The notes beneath the pieces are model-generated. The model did no database searches, was not told the DNA's origin, and saw nothing but the letters and a program-made list of their open reading frames with translations. A program made the translations under genes and the position numbers. Shown here piece after piece: positions 23,940 to 37,234 of a stretch of DNA of 64,000 bases. Position 1 is the stretch's first letter. Every line of letters begins with the position of its first letter. The DNA is from Hypanus sabinus. Its lineage: Eukaryota. The stretch lies in the NCBI RefSeq assembly GCF_030144855.1, contig NW_026779567.1:1-64000 (forward strand), read 5' to 3'.

Positions 23940-24385
23940 GTACAGTATCACCCCTTTTGACAGAGTCCACAACAAAGGTATAATCAGCAAACATATACAG
24001 TAGTGGAGCTGGGCACAGTCACAGGTGTAAAGCGAGTAGAGCAGGGAACTAAGTACACATTCCTGTGGTACTCTGGTACTGATGGAGTTTGTGGTGGAGA
24101 TGTTTTTGCGGATCTGAACTGAGTGGGGTCTACAAGGGAGGAAATCCAGGATCCAGCTGCACAAGGAGGTGTTGAGGTCAGATCTTGGAGTTTACTGATT
24201 AGTTTTGAGGGGATGATGATTTTAAAGGTACTCTGATAATTTTTACTTTGAACTCCCTCAACATCCCTTATGAGGTAAATGACATTGAGCTGCAGATCCA
24301 GTTCCTTAACGCATTCTCTGAGGAGTTGCAGCTTGGTGCACCTGGTGCAGACGTGGTTATCTAGGAGGTTGGAGGTCTGCCACAA
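23940..24385 (-). mobile_element. Rex1-type RT fragment plus CR1 ORF1 fragment
   Basis: CSWILDFL..R...VPQECVLSSLLYSLYTCDC; and HVCTRCTKLQLLRECVKELDLQL. Confidence 0.7.
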
Positions 24386-24749
24386 TCTTCAACAATTTCT
24401 CTTTTTTATTTTAATTAATGCACAAACACTGACTGATTTCAAGATGTTTGTGACGTTCTGAACAGACTTTGCAATGCCCATGTTCATTAGTCTTTTCTTC
24501 ATTCCATACAGTCAGAGTTCACCACAAAAAAAAATCATGCAACTGTCCTTTGTCGGCTGTCAATGAACACGTGGCTCACCAAAAACAAAAAAAAAAGGCA
24601 GATAACAAAGCTCTTCATTGTAAACTGTGAGTTTAATCATTACCAAGAGTAATGCGGCTGAATTCATAACAATGAAAATAAAGTTGTAATGCCTCCTTTT
24701 ACCCTGCTTCGTGCTGCATTTAATTCAACCTGTGCTGGTAATGCTTCTC

Positions 24750-25620
24750 CCGGCTCACTGCCCCCGGGGCCGAGGGTCCTCTCCCAATCCCGACTTCGCA
24801 GACAATCCCAACGCAGAATGGAAAGGAAGCTGCAGTCCAACGAGGAACAGTGAGCATGCGGATATTGGTTGTTATATCATCAGTGCCGGGGTGGGGGTGC
24901 GGTGAGCAGGAGTGAAATCAAACCCACTGCGGGACACAGGATCCTGGGACTGCCCAGCATCGGACCTCCTCACTCGGGACTGGTCTCAATACTCAGATGT
25001 GTACACCTTTCTGAGAAGCTCAGAAAAATAGAAAAGGCTAAATTCTCACATAAATGGGTAATACACCCAGAAACATTGACTGTATTTCGGCAGGCCATAA
25101 GAGTGGAATGGAGTCAAGAAAAGCATATTCCCCACCCACAACGAAAGGACGTGACGGATGTAGATCTCACTGCCTTGTCCAAACGGGCGAGAGAAGGGTT
25201 TGCTTCCAGCATCAACGCCTCATCTCCACCCCTCCCGAATAGCAGAACAAAAGGGGCTGAACGGCAGCTCATCCCAGGCGGTCCGGTGTGAAGGTCCCGG
25301 GACCCCGGCAGGTTCCGTCCAGGAAGCGGGGCGAAGGCCCCCAGTTCGAGAGTGTTAACGGGACTCCCTGCCCAGCATCAGACCTCCTCACTCGGGACTG
25401 GTCTCAATACTCAACGATGTGAACTTTATGCCTTTGCCATGCAGTCAGTGATCCAACCCCCGGCTCCTTCACCCAGGAGCGAGGGGCTTGTCGCGATCCC
25501 GAAACTGCAGATCATCGGCCGCCGAGCCGCTTCAACAATGAATGCAATAGAAACCACCGTCCATCTGGGAATATGAGCATGGCAATGTGATCAATGCGTC
25601 ATCAGAGTGGTCTAGGGACT
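24750..25620 (-). promoter_or_regulatory. Two decayed copies of a CpG-rich promoter/first-exon module
   Basis: Homologous to 52060-52620 (CGGC.GCTCATC.CAG.CGGT.CGGTGTGAAGGTC; CTCGGGAC.GG.T.CA.TACTCA; TGAGCATG). Confidence 0.5.
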
Positions 25621-27384
25621 GCCCAGGGTAGTCTGCTTTTGGATGGACTGGCTGCAGTGTCTCATTGTTCAGGATTTTCATAAACGACAGTTTTATTGAT
25701 GTAAACTGGAATTGCCAGCAGGGAAATCACAGATTGCACCAGGTAACAGAACACCTCTCGTCCTTGGTCTTTGTCTCCTGAGTAACTGAACACTTTGACA
25801 ATGTCGACTGTAGGTAGCCCTTACTCTGACAGTGAGTGAATAATTCAGAACGCAGATCACTGAGAGGAATTATGTTTGTTGGCCATTAAAGTTTGCCCAG
25901 GGTGGTATGGATGGAGTTGATGTGGAGTTCGGGGTGCCACAGTGAAGGAACCGGACAGCCGAACGCTCTGGCCACGGATGATGCCGCGGCGAACCTCCTG
26001 CAAAACCCATGCGCGGTGTCACCGGCGGTACAGTACTCTTGTTCGGGTGCCGGTGAGGAAGGGGCTTATCTCGAGTCTGTGTAAATCGAGGGCCGTTTGC
26101 AAAGAGAAATGATCCGGATCGAGCTCTGCTGGACAGCTAGAAGTTTCGGGCTCTCCAGTCTTGTAGCCCCGATTTTAGTTTTGCGCCTGAGCCGGGATTG
26201 TGGGATCAGTTAGTTCTGTGTCCCCTCGCTGGGAAGGTGGATGTGGGTGAAGGGAATAAGTCTACGTGTATGGGTCTGGGCTGAATGGTGGGAAGGATGT
26301 GGGGCGATTGGCAGGGTAGAGGGAGGGTGGGATACTGGGCGTATCAGATGCTGCGTGACTCGGGCAGAATGGGCACTTGGCCAATTAAGTTGTGAACAAG
26401 GGAGGATTTGGTCCATTGGATCAGACAGCTCAGCTCGTGTGTCCTTTCAGGAAGCAACACTACTTTCTTCATATTAGTTACTGTCTAATCTAGTTGTTAA
26501 TTTTGTGTTTGTTACTGAGCCCCAGAGTCTGGGACATCTGTCACCGTCATTGTCAGCGAGTGCAGATTGGGAAGGGCTAGTAGGTGTCAGGACACGGAGA
26601 ATTACAGCCTTGTGTGAGATATAAATGTCCTCACAGTGGGTTCAGCATATCTGGAGTTGAAGAAAATGGGATCTTGTCCTACGCAATGATCACATTTCCT
26701 GCAGGCTAACAGGAATAAAATGTTTTTAACACAAAATTGAATGCAAACTGCTGGAAACACGGTACATCAGATTGGATGTGTGGAAAAAGAAACTGTAGAA
26801 GACCCTGTGTCAGAACTGGAACTGTCCAAGATGTTGCCCGATCTGCTGAACGTTTCCAGCATTTTCTCTTTTTACTTTAAATGATGCACAATTATTGACT
26901 GAGTACACGATGTTTGTGATGAACAAAGTCGCACGAATGTAAGTTTTCCCTTCAGTCCAATACAGGGTTAATACAGTCCTCCCTACATACTCCCCAACTC
27001 ACTATCAATCTGTTACTTCTACTCCCGAGGCCACTAACTCCCCCTGAGGGGAATTGAACACAGAGAGGAAAATGCGCACCACTCTTTGCTGATCCTGTGG
27101 TTGTTCCTGCCACGGAGAACGTGACTCTCCAAACATGACCAAAACAGAAAATAACAGACTCAACTTTAAACGCTGAGAGTCTCCGTCTGACAAAGATTAA
27201 CACAGCGGTCATTTGTTAACATTGAAACTAAAATTGTAATGGCTGTCTTTACCCTGCCTCGTGCTGTATTGAATAAATCATCTGGTAATTTCAGGTAACA
27301 AACACTGATTTCAGAAATAACTCAGAGAGACAAAATACTTCACAATTAAGACAACGGTAGAAGAGAGACTGTTGATGTTTATCA

Positions 27385-27900
27385 TTGTGGTGATGGGATA
27401 CGGGCTGGACTGAGGTTGAACAGATGACTGCTAAATACCACTGAGGTGGTGAGATACAGGCTGGACAGAGATTGAACAAGATGGGAAGGGGATAAGCAGA
27501 TGGAAGCAGATGGGAAAGCAATCAAGGATGGTCACTGATGCTCCCCCAGTAATACACAGAGACTACATTAATAGTAGGTACTTGGTCATTCTAAAATGAC
27601 CAAGATAGAACAACAGGGGATTTGGCAAATACCCTTCTCCCTCAACCAAATGTTATTAACGCACCATGGAAAGTATCCCGTCCAAATACCTGACACCTCC
27701 ATCTGGCTACTGCTCTGCCCATGACTGCAAGGAACAGTGGAGAGCTGTGGACACAGCTGAGTATATCATAGAAACCAACCAACCCTCCACGGCCTCTGGC
27801 GACACTTCCCACCGCCTCAGTAAAACAGGCCTTGTACTCAAAAATCACCACAACCTGGGACATTCTCACCTCACACATTCCCCATCGGGGGTGAACTACA
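27385..27900. repeat. Duplicated block, direct paralog of 48100-48620
   Basis: Both share GGACTGAGGTTGA..., GGCTGGACAGAG.TTGAACAAGATGGG and ATTCTAAAATGACCAAG, followed by the same LINE remnant. Confidence 0.75.
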
Positions 27901-30900
27901 AAACCCTTAAAGCATGTACCACCAGGCTCAAGGACGGTTTCCATTCTGCTGTTATAAGCAAACTGAATGCCCCCAGTGTGATAAGATGGAAAGCTCACTA
28001 CACTGTGTTACTTGAAGTAACCTGACACTTTCTGCACTGCTCCAGAGAAAACAACACAAGTTTGTCCAACCTCTCAATATAGCTCATGCCCTCTAATCCA
28101 GGCAATATCCTGGTAATCCTCTTCTCACCCTCTCCAAACCCCAGACTCGGGCGATCAGAACAGTATGAAATGCTCCAGGTGTAGTCTAACAGACTGGAAA
28201 TGTTCAATTTCCTCTCTCAGCCAAATTGTTGACACAGTTGACTGGATCCGAACTGTCCCTACAACACACATTTTTTGACATCCTGAAGGCCAACAAAGGT
28301 CTGGTTATTCCTTCTCTTTAAACACACAGACAACAGGAACAGGAGCAGGCCACTCGGCCCTTCTAGCTTGCCCTGTCATTCAATAAGACGCTAGTCCAGT
28401 CCACCCTTGCCCCCCCCCCCCAACACTACTCCAATCCCCACGTTTCCTGGACCATTGGCCCCGTTTGCAGGTCAACAGTGTGCCGGTTTTTGTCCCCAAT
28501 GAGGTGAATCCCTCTGCTCGCCACCACCATGGGCTCAGACATTTCCACAGATGAGTCCCATCTGCCCCCTCTCACACCATCTTTATTCTTTCAATAAAAT
28601 CCCCCCTGTCTCCCTCCTTGTTCTTATGGGATACCTCCCTCCCCGTGGAGACAAAATCAGGCTGATGGGCCGAATGGTCTCCTCCTACCTCTCAGTGATA
28701 CATCAAACTCCGGCCACAGGAGACGCTTCGCAAACTCCCCCACTTCCCTCGGAGGGAAATGAAAATAAGTCAAAAATCGGGACATTCACTATGAGGTTTG
28801 TTCCGCTTTGACGGGGAGTTGGTGGGGGGAGGAGATATTGATCAGCAGAGATAACGCTCCTTTGGCTACTCCGCCTCCGCTTGGGTGTAACCAGTAATGA
28901 CCTCTCTTTGCGTCAAGGTGAATTACACGGCTTGTGAATACTCCGTGAGAGTGCCATTGGAGGAGAAGTTACTGATTAGTACTTCAGCCATTAACTCGTC
29001 TCTGCGCGAGCTGGGTAGCGAGTGTATGATACCGCACATTTGACGACAGATCTCGGTGTGGGGGGAGGGACACTTGTGCTTTAAAATACTTGAATGGATG
29101 TTTAATTTGATTTCCAAAGGAAAACAAAATCAATCATGGGAATCGCCCGGCTGAACTATCTTACTTGTTGAGTGGGCAGTGTGCTGTTTGTCTCGAGTTG
29201 GGTCACAAAATCCCAGTTTTTTGGGGGAGGATCTTCCAGGCTGATGCTGTTTCCTATCGTTTTAACTGGTGCAGTATCTTGTTGTTCAGTATTTTGAAAA
29301 ACAACTGTTTACCAATGCAAACCAGAAACGCCAGCCAGGTCTGCACATCGTGTATTAGACAACAGAAGACTTCTCAGTCCTGCAGCGTTTAAGTCCTAAA
29401 ATCCAGGGGAGCATTCAGTCAGCTGATCGCTGAGAGGAATTACGCTTCTTGATTGTTAAGGTTTTCCCAAAGTCGGATGGATGGAGTTGATGTAGAAGCC
29501 GGGAGTGTCGCAGAGAAAGGGCCGGACAGCCGAGCCCACATCTTGTCTCTCCGGCTTCCGACCAATGTGGGGACGTCCGGCCACTGGGGGCTCCGCGGAG
29601 ATCTCTTCTTAATTTCCCAGGAATATTCTGACAGTGTGGGTATGATTTCAATATCCATCGTTCCTTTCTCCTAATTTCATCTTATTCTGCACTCTGCCCC
29701 ACACGCGGTACCTCCCTGTTCTTTCGTAACCATGGCAATGCGTGAATTGCAAGAAGAACTCAGCAGTCCTGGTAGCATCCGTGGATAGAAACAGTCGACG
29801 TACCGGGTCGGAAACTTAATCAGGAAAGGAAGGGGGAAGGGCCAGATGATTGATTGATTAGGGAGGCGTCGGTCGTGGTTCTGATGGACTCGGGGCTGTG
29901 TTTCTGCAGCTGCCTGTCCGCGCTCATTCCTCACAAAAGAGTGGTCTTTCTACTGAAATTAAATCCAATTTATCCACCAACTCACTCTCATTCGGGAATG
30001 GGCAAATTCGCTTTGACCCTTTCTCTTGCAAGGAAAACGATAAAGCCCATAAACTGATATAGGATGCTGTAACCGGATGGCGTTCAGTGCGGTCCCGGGT
30101 AACCACAGTCTGACTTCCCGGGTGAGCGACAATGGATCTGGCCCGGTGTGCTTAACCTGCACGGACAGTTCAGACTGAGATAAGGCATGAATTGACATTT
30201 TCCGGCACCAATGGGAACCAAATAACTCGCACATCACCTGATGACAGATGTCTGGCAGATGACGGGTGCGCAAGATTTCCCAAATCGTCTCAGTGTGAGC
30301 CTGGGGGCGCGAGCGTTACGAGCTCTGCGAGAGAGCGCGTGTCGGGCAGTGGGCGGGGCGGGGCGGTGAGCCGGAGCCACGACAGCCCCAGGGAGCTTGC
30401 AATGGGGTTAACAGGGAACTCTCTCTGTCCGATACCGTGCTGTCCAGCACTCCAAGTTAGTCAACAGTTCGATCCCCTAACGCAGCTGGGGCACATAAAT
30501 AACGCACAAAGCTGGACGTAAATAATTAATGTTTGATTTCAGTTCAAATACATAAATAAAATAGTACCTTCCTTCGCATACAGTCATTACAACGGCTAAC
30601 ATTAAATAAATCCTCAGACCTTCTCTAGTCAAGATATCCATACGCTTAATGGACCACACGAACCCTTGTGATTGCTACAGATCATTGAATCATGGGTGAT
30701 CAAATCTAAAGTGTCATTACTTATTCCCTCATATCCATCCCTGTAACACATCAAACCCACTGTTTATCAAGAATCCCGGGCTGAATCAGAATTACAGTTT
30801 TTTCTTCCACTGGCCATTCAGAAGAAGAGTTCAAATTGAACACAATCAACACAGGAACAATAGATGTATTCGTCTGAAATCAGAAACTATGGAAAGGGGA

Positions 30901-32106
30901 CAGGCGTTTGCTGTACAGAGCTCGCACCCTTGCTTTGAAACAGGTGGCCGTTGTTCTAGAGCTGATCATGATTTTTACCTAACCTGTGGAAAACGTAAAT
31001 CATGCCAGCAGGAAACAGTTGGAACGCAAAAGGCACCACAGCCAGTGGCTTAAAAAGAAACAAATATCTCCTTGATTGCTGATCCAATGCACAGACAAAT
31101 GGTTGACTGAAAATAAAGTTCTGCAATAAATATCAGAAGCGGAATTATTCTCACATTAATTCCCCAAGAATACTGTGTGTCGTTTCTTACAAATAGCTCC
31201 GCCCACCTCCCCGTACGGATCTCTCGTAACCATGGCAACACACGGGGTGCCGGGGGAATTCAGCAGGTCAGGCAGCATTTATGGATGGGTATAAACAATC
31301 GACGTCACGGACCGAGTCCCTTCATCAGGACTAGAATGGAAAGGGGAAGAGGGCAGAGCATCGACTGATTTGGAAAGTGCGGCTTGTTGTTCTGTGAGAC
31401 TCGGTGCTCAGGGTCTGCGAGCAAGCAGCAGCCTGTCCACGCACATTCCTCAGAACAGGGAGCGGCCGTTCTGCTGAAATCAAATCGAAACCGGTGCAGC
31501 AAAACACTGTCATTAAAATGTGAAGAAAGTTTAAGCCTTTCCACTACAGGTAAAAGACGCGATGTGAAGTACATTAGCTGGGGTCTCGAAGGTCGACGCT
31601 ACTTGCTTCTATTGATGATGCCTGGCCTGTAGAGTTCCTCCAGCATTTTGTGTGTGTGTTTCTGGGATTTCCAGCATCTGCTGATTTTCTCTTGTTTGAG
31701 AGAGATCGGTGACGGGTCACTGACCCGTGGTATATTTCTGTGTGCAAGCTGCAGCCTGTCCACAGGGCAGATCCTCTGCTGAAACTAAACAGAACAGTTC
31801 GACACTCCCCTTAAACTGCACCAAGTTGGCTTGATATTGTACTAAATTAATTCTGTTACAGAAAATAAAGCAATAAATACCCGATGGTAGGGAAAAGAAA
31901 GTTCCACAGTGTCTGCAATCTGAATGACTACTTGTTACAATTGCTAATAGACTTTGTGAGATTCTAGCATTTAATTTTACCTCAAACACCTATCATGTGT
32001 AGCTTTAATATCATAATTAGCAATTTAATTAAATGTTGCTCTGTGGCATTCTCCACTGCGACGTCCCGAACAGTAAAATCTCACAGTCGCTCTGTTATTC
32101 TGAGTA

Positions 32107-32241
32107 NNNNNNNNNNNNNNNNNNNNNNNNNNNNNNNNNNNNNNNNNNNNNNNNNNNNNNNNNNNNNNNNNNNNNNNNNNNNNNNNNNNNNNNNNNNNNN
32201 NNNNNNNNNNNNNNNNNNNNNNNNNNNNNNNNNNNNNNNNN
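32107..32241. other. Assembly gap (N run)
   Basis: Run of N. Confidence 1.
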
Positions 32242-32406
32242 CCTTGTCGCAGGGAATATTTTGGATATCACTAACCGTGCACAAGGTTCATCTGCACTGA
32301 CTCAGTGGAAACCGCCCTAGAAAATGTGTATGATTGAAGGTAACAAGGTCGCTTCCTTTAATGCATTTGGTCAATAATTAGTTCATTGATCTTGCCAGAA
32401 CTCCTC

Positions 32407-32730
32407 CCAGTCCCAACAAAAGCCGAGCCCCGCTGTGAACGCTCACTGATTTGCAGAATCGGAGACAGAATTTACCTCTGATGTTGAAACCGGTCGGAAT
32501 TTAGTTCTGTGTGGATTTCCAGTCCCGACAAAAGCCGAGCCCCGCTGTAAACTCTCAGTGATTTGCAGAATCGGAGACAGAATTTACCTCTGATGTTGAA
32601 ACCGGTCGGAGTTTAGTTCTGTGTGGATTTCCAGTCCCAACAAAAGCCGAGCCCCGCTGTAAACTCTCAGTGATTTGCAGAATCGGAGACAGAATTTACC
32701 TCTGATGTTGAAACCAGTCGGAGTTCAGTG
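32407..32730 (+). repeat. Tandem repeat, 112-bp unit, ~2.9 near-identical copies
   Basis: CCAGTCCC.ACAAAAGCCGAGCCCCGCTGT starts at 32407, 32519 and 32631. Confidence 0.95.
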
Positions 32731-33249
32731 CTGTCTGGATGACAAATCTGCCGACCATGCACCGAGAATTCAGCCGGTGCTGCTGCTCCCGGGACTATTC
32801 GGTTATGGAGAGTCAGTCGCTGATTACAGATAGACAGGTCCGGATGATCCGGGGTTAATGAGGCAGTCCGCAGTTCTGGTTGCACAGCTCCTCACCGGTC
32901 TGGTACAAGTCGGTCAGCGGGAGGAGAGGGGACTCGGACAAATGCAGCAAACACAGACAGAATTACAGAGGATGTGTGAACCTTCCCTCGCCGTCGCAAG
33001 TAGTTTCTGTCTGGACTTTCCATACAGATCTTACTTTTCCTCCTTATTCTCCTGTTGCAACCAGCTTCTCCATTTAATTCAGCCTGTCCCAGCTGTGAAT
33101 TTGATCCAGCCAGGTTCGGGCTCCACCCCCTTTGTCAACGGGGATATCCGCTGCAGGGCGAGTTTCAACTCAAACACTCCACACCCGTCACAGCTATTTC
33201 GAGGGCAATTATTTAAGACATGACGGAGCAGGATTAATGAAGGAGAAGT

Positions 33250-36020
33250 GGCGTTACCAGGCAGTGCTCTGTCAAAACAGACGGTAGAACTCAGCTAGCG
33301 AAGCAATATGTGTGAAACTGAGAAATAAGAAAGGTATGGCCACATTAATGCGGCTATATAAAAGACAGTCCAACAGCCCTAGCGATTTCGAGGAACAAAT
33401 TTGTAAGATCGCAGATTGTTGTAAGAAACTTAAGGTTGTTAACACTTGGTGATTTTAACTTTCCACATAATGACTTAGGAATCTCATACTGTAAATGGAC
33501 TAGGTGGGATAGAGTTTGTCATGTGTGTCGAAGAACTTCTCCTTCATCAGTACGCAGAAGTTCCAACAGTCAGCGTGCAATACTGACTCTTCCATTGAGG
33601 AATGGGGCAGGGCAGGGGGCAGAAGTTTGCGTATGGGAACACTTTGCATACAGTGAGCGCGATGCCCGTAATGTCCACGTAAATGTACAGAAAGTTAGGC
33701 CTGACCCGTGGGTTGAGATTCTAAATTCAAGAAGGCACAATTTTGATGGTATCGGAATGGATCTGGCAAGTGTGGATTGAGACACGCTGCTGCTTTGTGG
33801 CAAAAGTGTACTTGGAAGGTGTGAGGCCTTCAAAAACGAAATATTGAGACTACAAGCTTGCAAGTGTCTGGCAGAATGAAAGGTCAGGATAACAAGTGTA
33901 GAAACCTTGATATGCAAGTGTTCCTGAAGTGCCGGTTAAAAGAAGAAAGGTGGTGCATGGCAGAGATTGGCAAGTTGGATAGAATGAGGCCTTTATGCAG
34001 TGTAATACGTGCAGGAGAACGCTGAAGAAAGAAATAAGGGAGGCTAGAAGGCATGAAGTTCCTCTAATAGGCGAGGTGAAGGAGAATTATTGAGGATTCC
34101 ACAAACATGATCAGAACAAAAGGATTGCAAGGGATGCAACTGGAAGAGCAGAATGATAATCTGATGTAGCAGTATTTCAGTGGAGTAAGATATATTACCG
34201 TGTTATGAGAAAGGAGCTGGCCAAAGTAAATTGGAAGGAGCTGCTGACAGGGGTGTCAGCAGAATGGCAAAATGTGCGTTTCTGGAGAAAAGTGAGGAAG
34301 GCGCAGGACATGTGCATTCCAAAAATGAATAAATATTCAAATGGCAAACTAATACAGCCGTGGCTGCGAAGGGAAGTCAAAGCTATTGCAAAATCAAGAG
34401 AAAGGGCTCACAACAGAGCAAAATATTGGGAGGTTTTTTAAAAACTTACAGAAAGCGACGAAAAAAATCTTTAGAAGGGACAAAATATGAAAGCGAGCCA
34501 GCAAATAATATCAAAGTAGATAGTAAAAACTTTTCTTAAGTATGTTAAAAATAAAAGAGAAATGATAATGTAGTTGGTGACACAGTACACGATAATCCTG
34601 CCTGACGAACCTGGTGGAATTCTTTGAGAAGATAACAAGTAGGATGGATAAAGGGGATGCAGTGGATGTTGTATATTTGGACTTTCAGAAGAACTTTGAC
34701 AAGGTGCCACACACGAGGCTGCTTACCCAGTTAAGAGCCCCTAGTACAGAGGTCGGCAACCTGCGGCTCCAGAGCCACATGCGGCTCTTTGATCTCTGTG
34801 ATGCGGCTCCCCGTGGTTTGTTAGCTTTTGAAATGTAATTCAAAATTTGAAGATTATGGTGATCTTGTACAGTATGAAAACTTTGCTGAGACACCGTTTC
34901 CTGGCACATCCGAACCGGCTTACAATTAGCCACCGTTCCGACTAAGGGAGATAGCCTACGGGGGTTTGTGAGTATGTGTCTTTTGGAGCATCCGCGCCCA
35001 CGGGGACGGGTTGAGGGAGGCTTTAAAGCAAGGCTGTTTAGTTCGAATAAAGTTACCTTTGGCTGCAGTCTTTATTTTAGCGCTGCGTGTAGCGCTACAC
35101 CGCTACAACGTGTTTTTTATCGCTATTAATATACATCACAACTGCCAATGCCTGACACCCGCCAGTGCGCGCTTTCTTTTAATTCTTCGATCCAAGGTAG
35201 GCTACCTATGTAGTAACCTTCAACCCAACGTCTTTTTTTCGGAGTTCAAAATGTTTTTGTTGCATGCAGAAATGTAATTTCGTTTTCTCTGCAGGAGTTC
35301 ATCAATTTCAAAAATGCAACACATTATAGTTTGTTTATACATAGCATAAAGGCAAAAAAAACCCGTTGTATGCAGTGTTATTTCATTTTGTGGCTCCCAG
35401 TGTTTTCTTTTCTGAGGGAAATGGGTCCATATTGGCTCTTTTAGTGGTAAACGTTGCCGACCCCTGCCCTAGTATAACAGGAAAGGTACTAACACAGTTA
35501 GAGCATTGACTGATTGGTAGGAGGCAAGGAGTGGGAATAAAAGGGTCCTTTTCTGGTTGGCTGCCAGTGACCAGTGGTGTTCCGCAGGGCGTCGGTGTTG
35601 GCAGCTTTTCTTTTTCTGATGTACATTAACGATTTAGATGGTAGAATAGATGGTTTGCAGATGATACGAAGGTTGATGGAGCGGCAGGTAGAGTTCAGGA
35701 AACAGGTCTGATGCAGAAGGACTTAGAAATATTAGGAGAATGGGCAAGTAAGTGGGAAATGTTTGAAAATGCATGGTCGTGCAATTTAGTAGTAGAAATA
35801 TATGTGCGTACTATATTTTTATAACGCCGAGGGGAGAAAATCAAGGAATCTGAAATGCAGCTGGACTTGTGCAGAACCCCCAGAAGTTTACTTTGCATGT
35901 TCAGCCGGTATTGAAGAAGGTACAATGTTAGCATTTATTTCAAAAGGTCTAGAATACAAGAACAAGGATGTGCTTAACAAGGCCCGGGTGAGGCATCACT
36001 TTTAGTATTGTGAAGAGTTT
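33250..36020 (+). mobile_element. Several CR1 LINE fragments (endonuclease and RT)
   Basis: LGDFNFPHND; MRKELAKVNWKELL; EFFEKITSRMDKGDAVDVVYLDFQKNFDKVPH. Confidence 0.85.
34747..35466 (+). mobile_element. Non-autonomous hAT (Charlie-like) DNA transposon, 720 bp
   Basis: TIRs CAGAGGTCGGCAAC / GTTGCCGACCCCTG; perfect 8-bp TSD CCCTAGTA at 34739-34746 and 35467-35474; inserted in CR1. Confidence 0.93.
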
Positions 36021-36454
36021 ATTGCCACAAGAAACACCTTTGGCTTTGGTTAACGAGCGGGTTGTTGATTTACACTGCGCCTGAAAGATTTGAGAAATTT
36101 ATCTTTCTTAACAGACACCCATTCCAAATGGACAGAAAATGTGCAAATGTAAGGAGTGAGAGGTTGTTTGGAAATGGGCGCTATCGAGGGGGTGACGCAC
36201 GACCTTGAGATGGATGTCCTCACTGTTATTGGAGTGGCCATCGGGGAGGGAGAGACAGGGAAACTGACAATCTTCACTGCAGTTAACCTGGCTGTCAGGG
36301 GGGAATGATGGAGTGACTGAAAATTGGAACCAGTCAGGGAGTTATGTGGTAGGGAAAATGGGACCCAGGAAGGGAATGATTTCCAATTTAAAAATATTTA
36401 AGGGAGTGCAGGCCAAAGCGCTGATGACATTCGCAAACTGACAATGATCTACGG

Positions 36455-36735
36455 CAGGAAGAGTGAGTGGAGAAGACAGAGACTGTAGTGAATGGAGAGA
36501 GTTGGGGAGGAAAGAGAAATAGAGACAGAGAGGAGAGAGATTTGAAAAGGAAGAGAGAAAACAGAAATGAGTGGAGATTGGTGAGTGGAAGAGGGAGAGG
36601 GTGGAGGGAAGGAGGAGATAGACGGTGAGAGAGTGAAAGGGAACATGTTGAAGAGGGTGAGTGAAAGTGGGAGAGGGTGGTTACAGGTGGAGGCAGAGAG
36701 AAACAGAAAGCTGGGGGAGAGGGTGCAAGAGATTG
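36455..36735 (+). repeat. GA-rich low-complexity tract
   Basis: Mostly G/A on the + strand. Confidence 0.8.
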
Positions 36736-37234
36736 CGAAACAGTTAGCTTCAAGGAAAGTGTTTGCAGCGTGGGCTACTGAGACCTGGACTGGGCGTAGG
36801 GAACAGTGCAGAGGTACATACAACTCTGTGGGGTGTAGGCAAGGTAAATGCAAGCAGGCTTTTTCCACTTAAGTTGGGTGTCATTGGACCTATAGGTCAT
36901 GGGTTAAGTGTGACATGCAAGCTGAAATATATAAGGTGAATATAAGGGGAAACTCTTCGATCAGAGGGTGGTGAGAGTGGGAACTGATGGAAGTTGGATG
37001 TGGGTTTGACTTCCAATAACGAGATGCAAATGTACGGATTCATAGAGACGTACAACACAGAAACAGACTTCGGCCCATCTATTCTGTGAACAGGACTGCC
37101 TATTCGCATCGACCTGTCCCGGACCACAGCCGTCCATGCCCCTGCCATCCATGTGTCTATCCAACCTTCTCTGAAACGTTGAAAACGAGCTCATTTTCCT
37201 CTTCAGCTTTTCAACGTTCATCCGTCGCCCCTGA

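Noticed and set aside
32407-32730. CRISPR-like array
   Set aside because: Whole units are near-identical with no unique spacers, and the context is eukaryotic.
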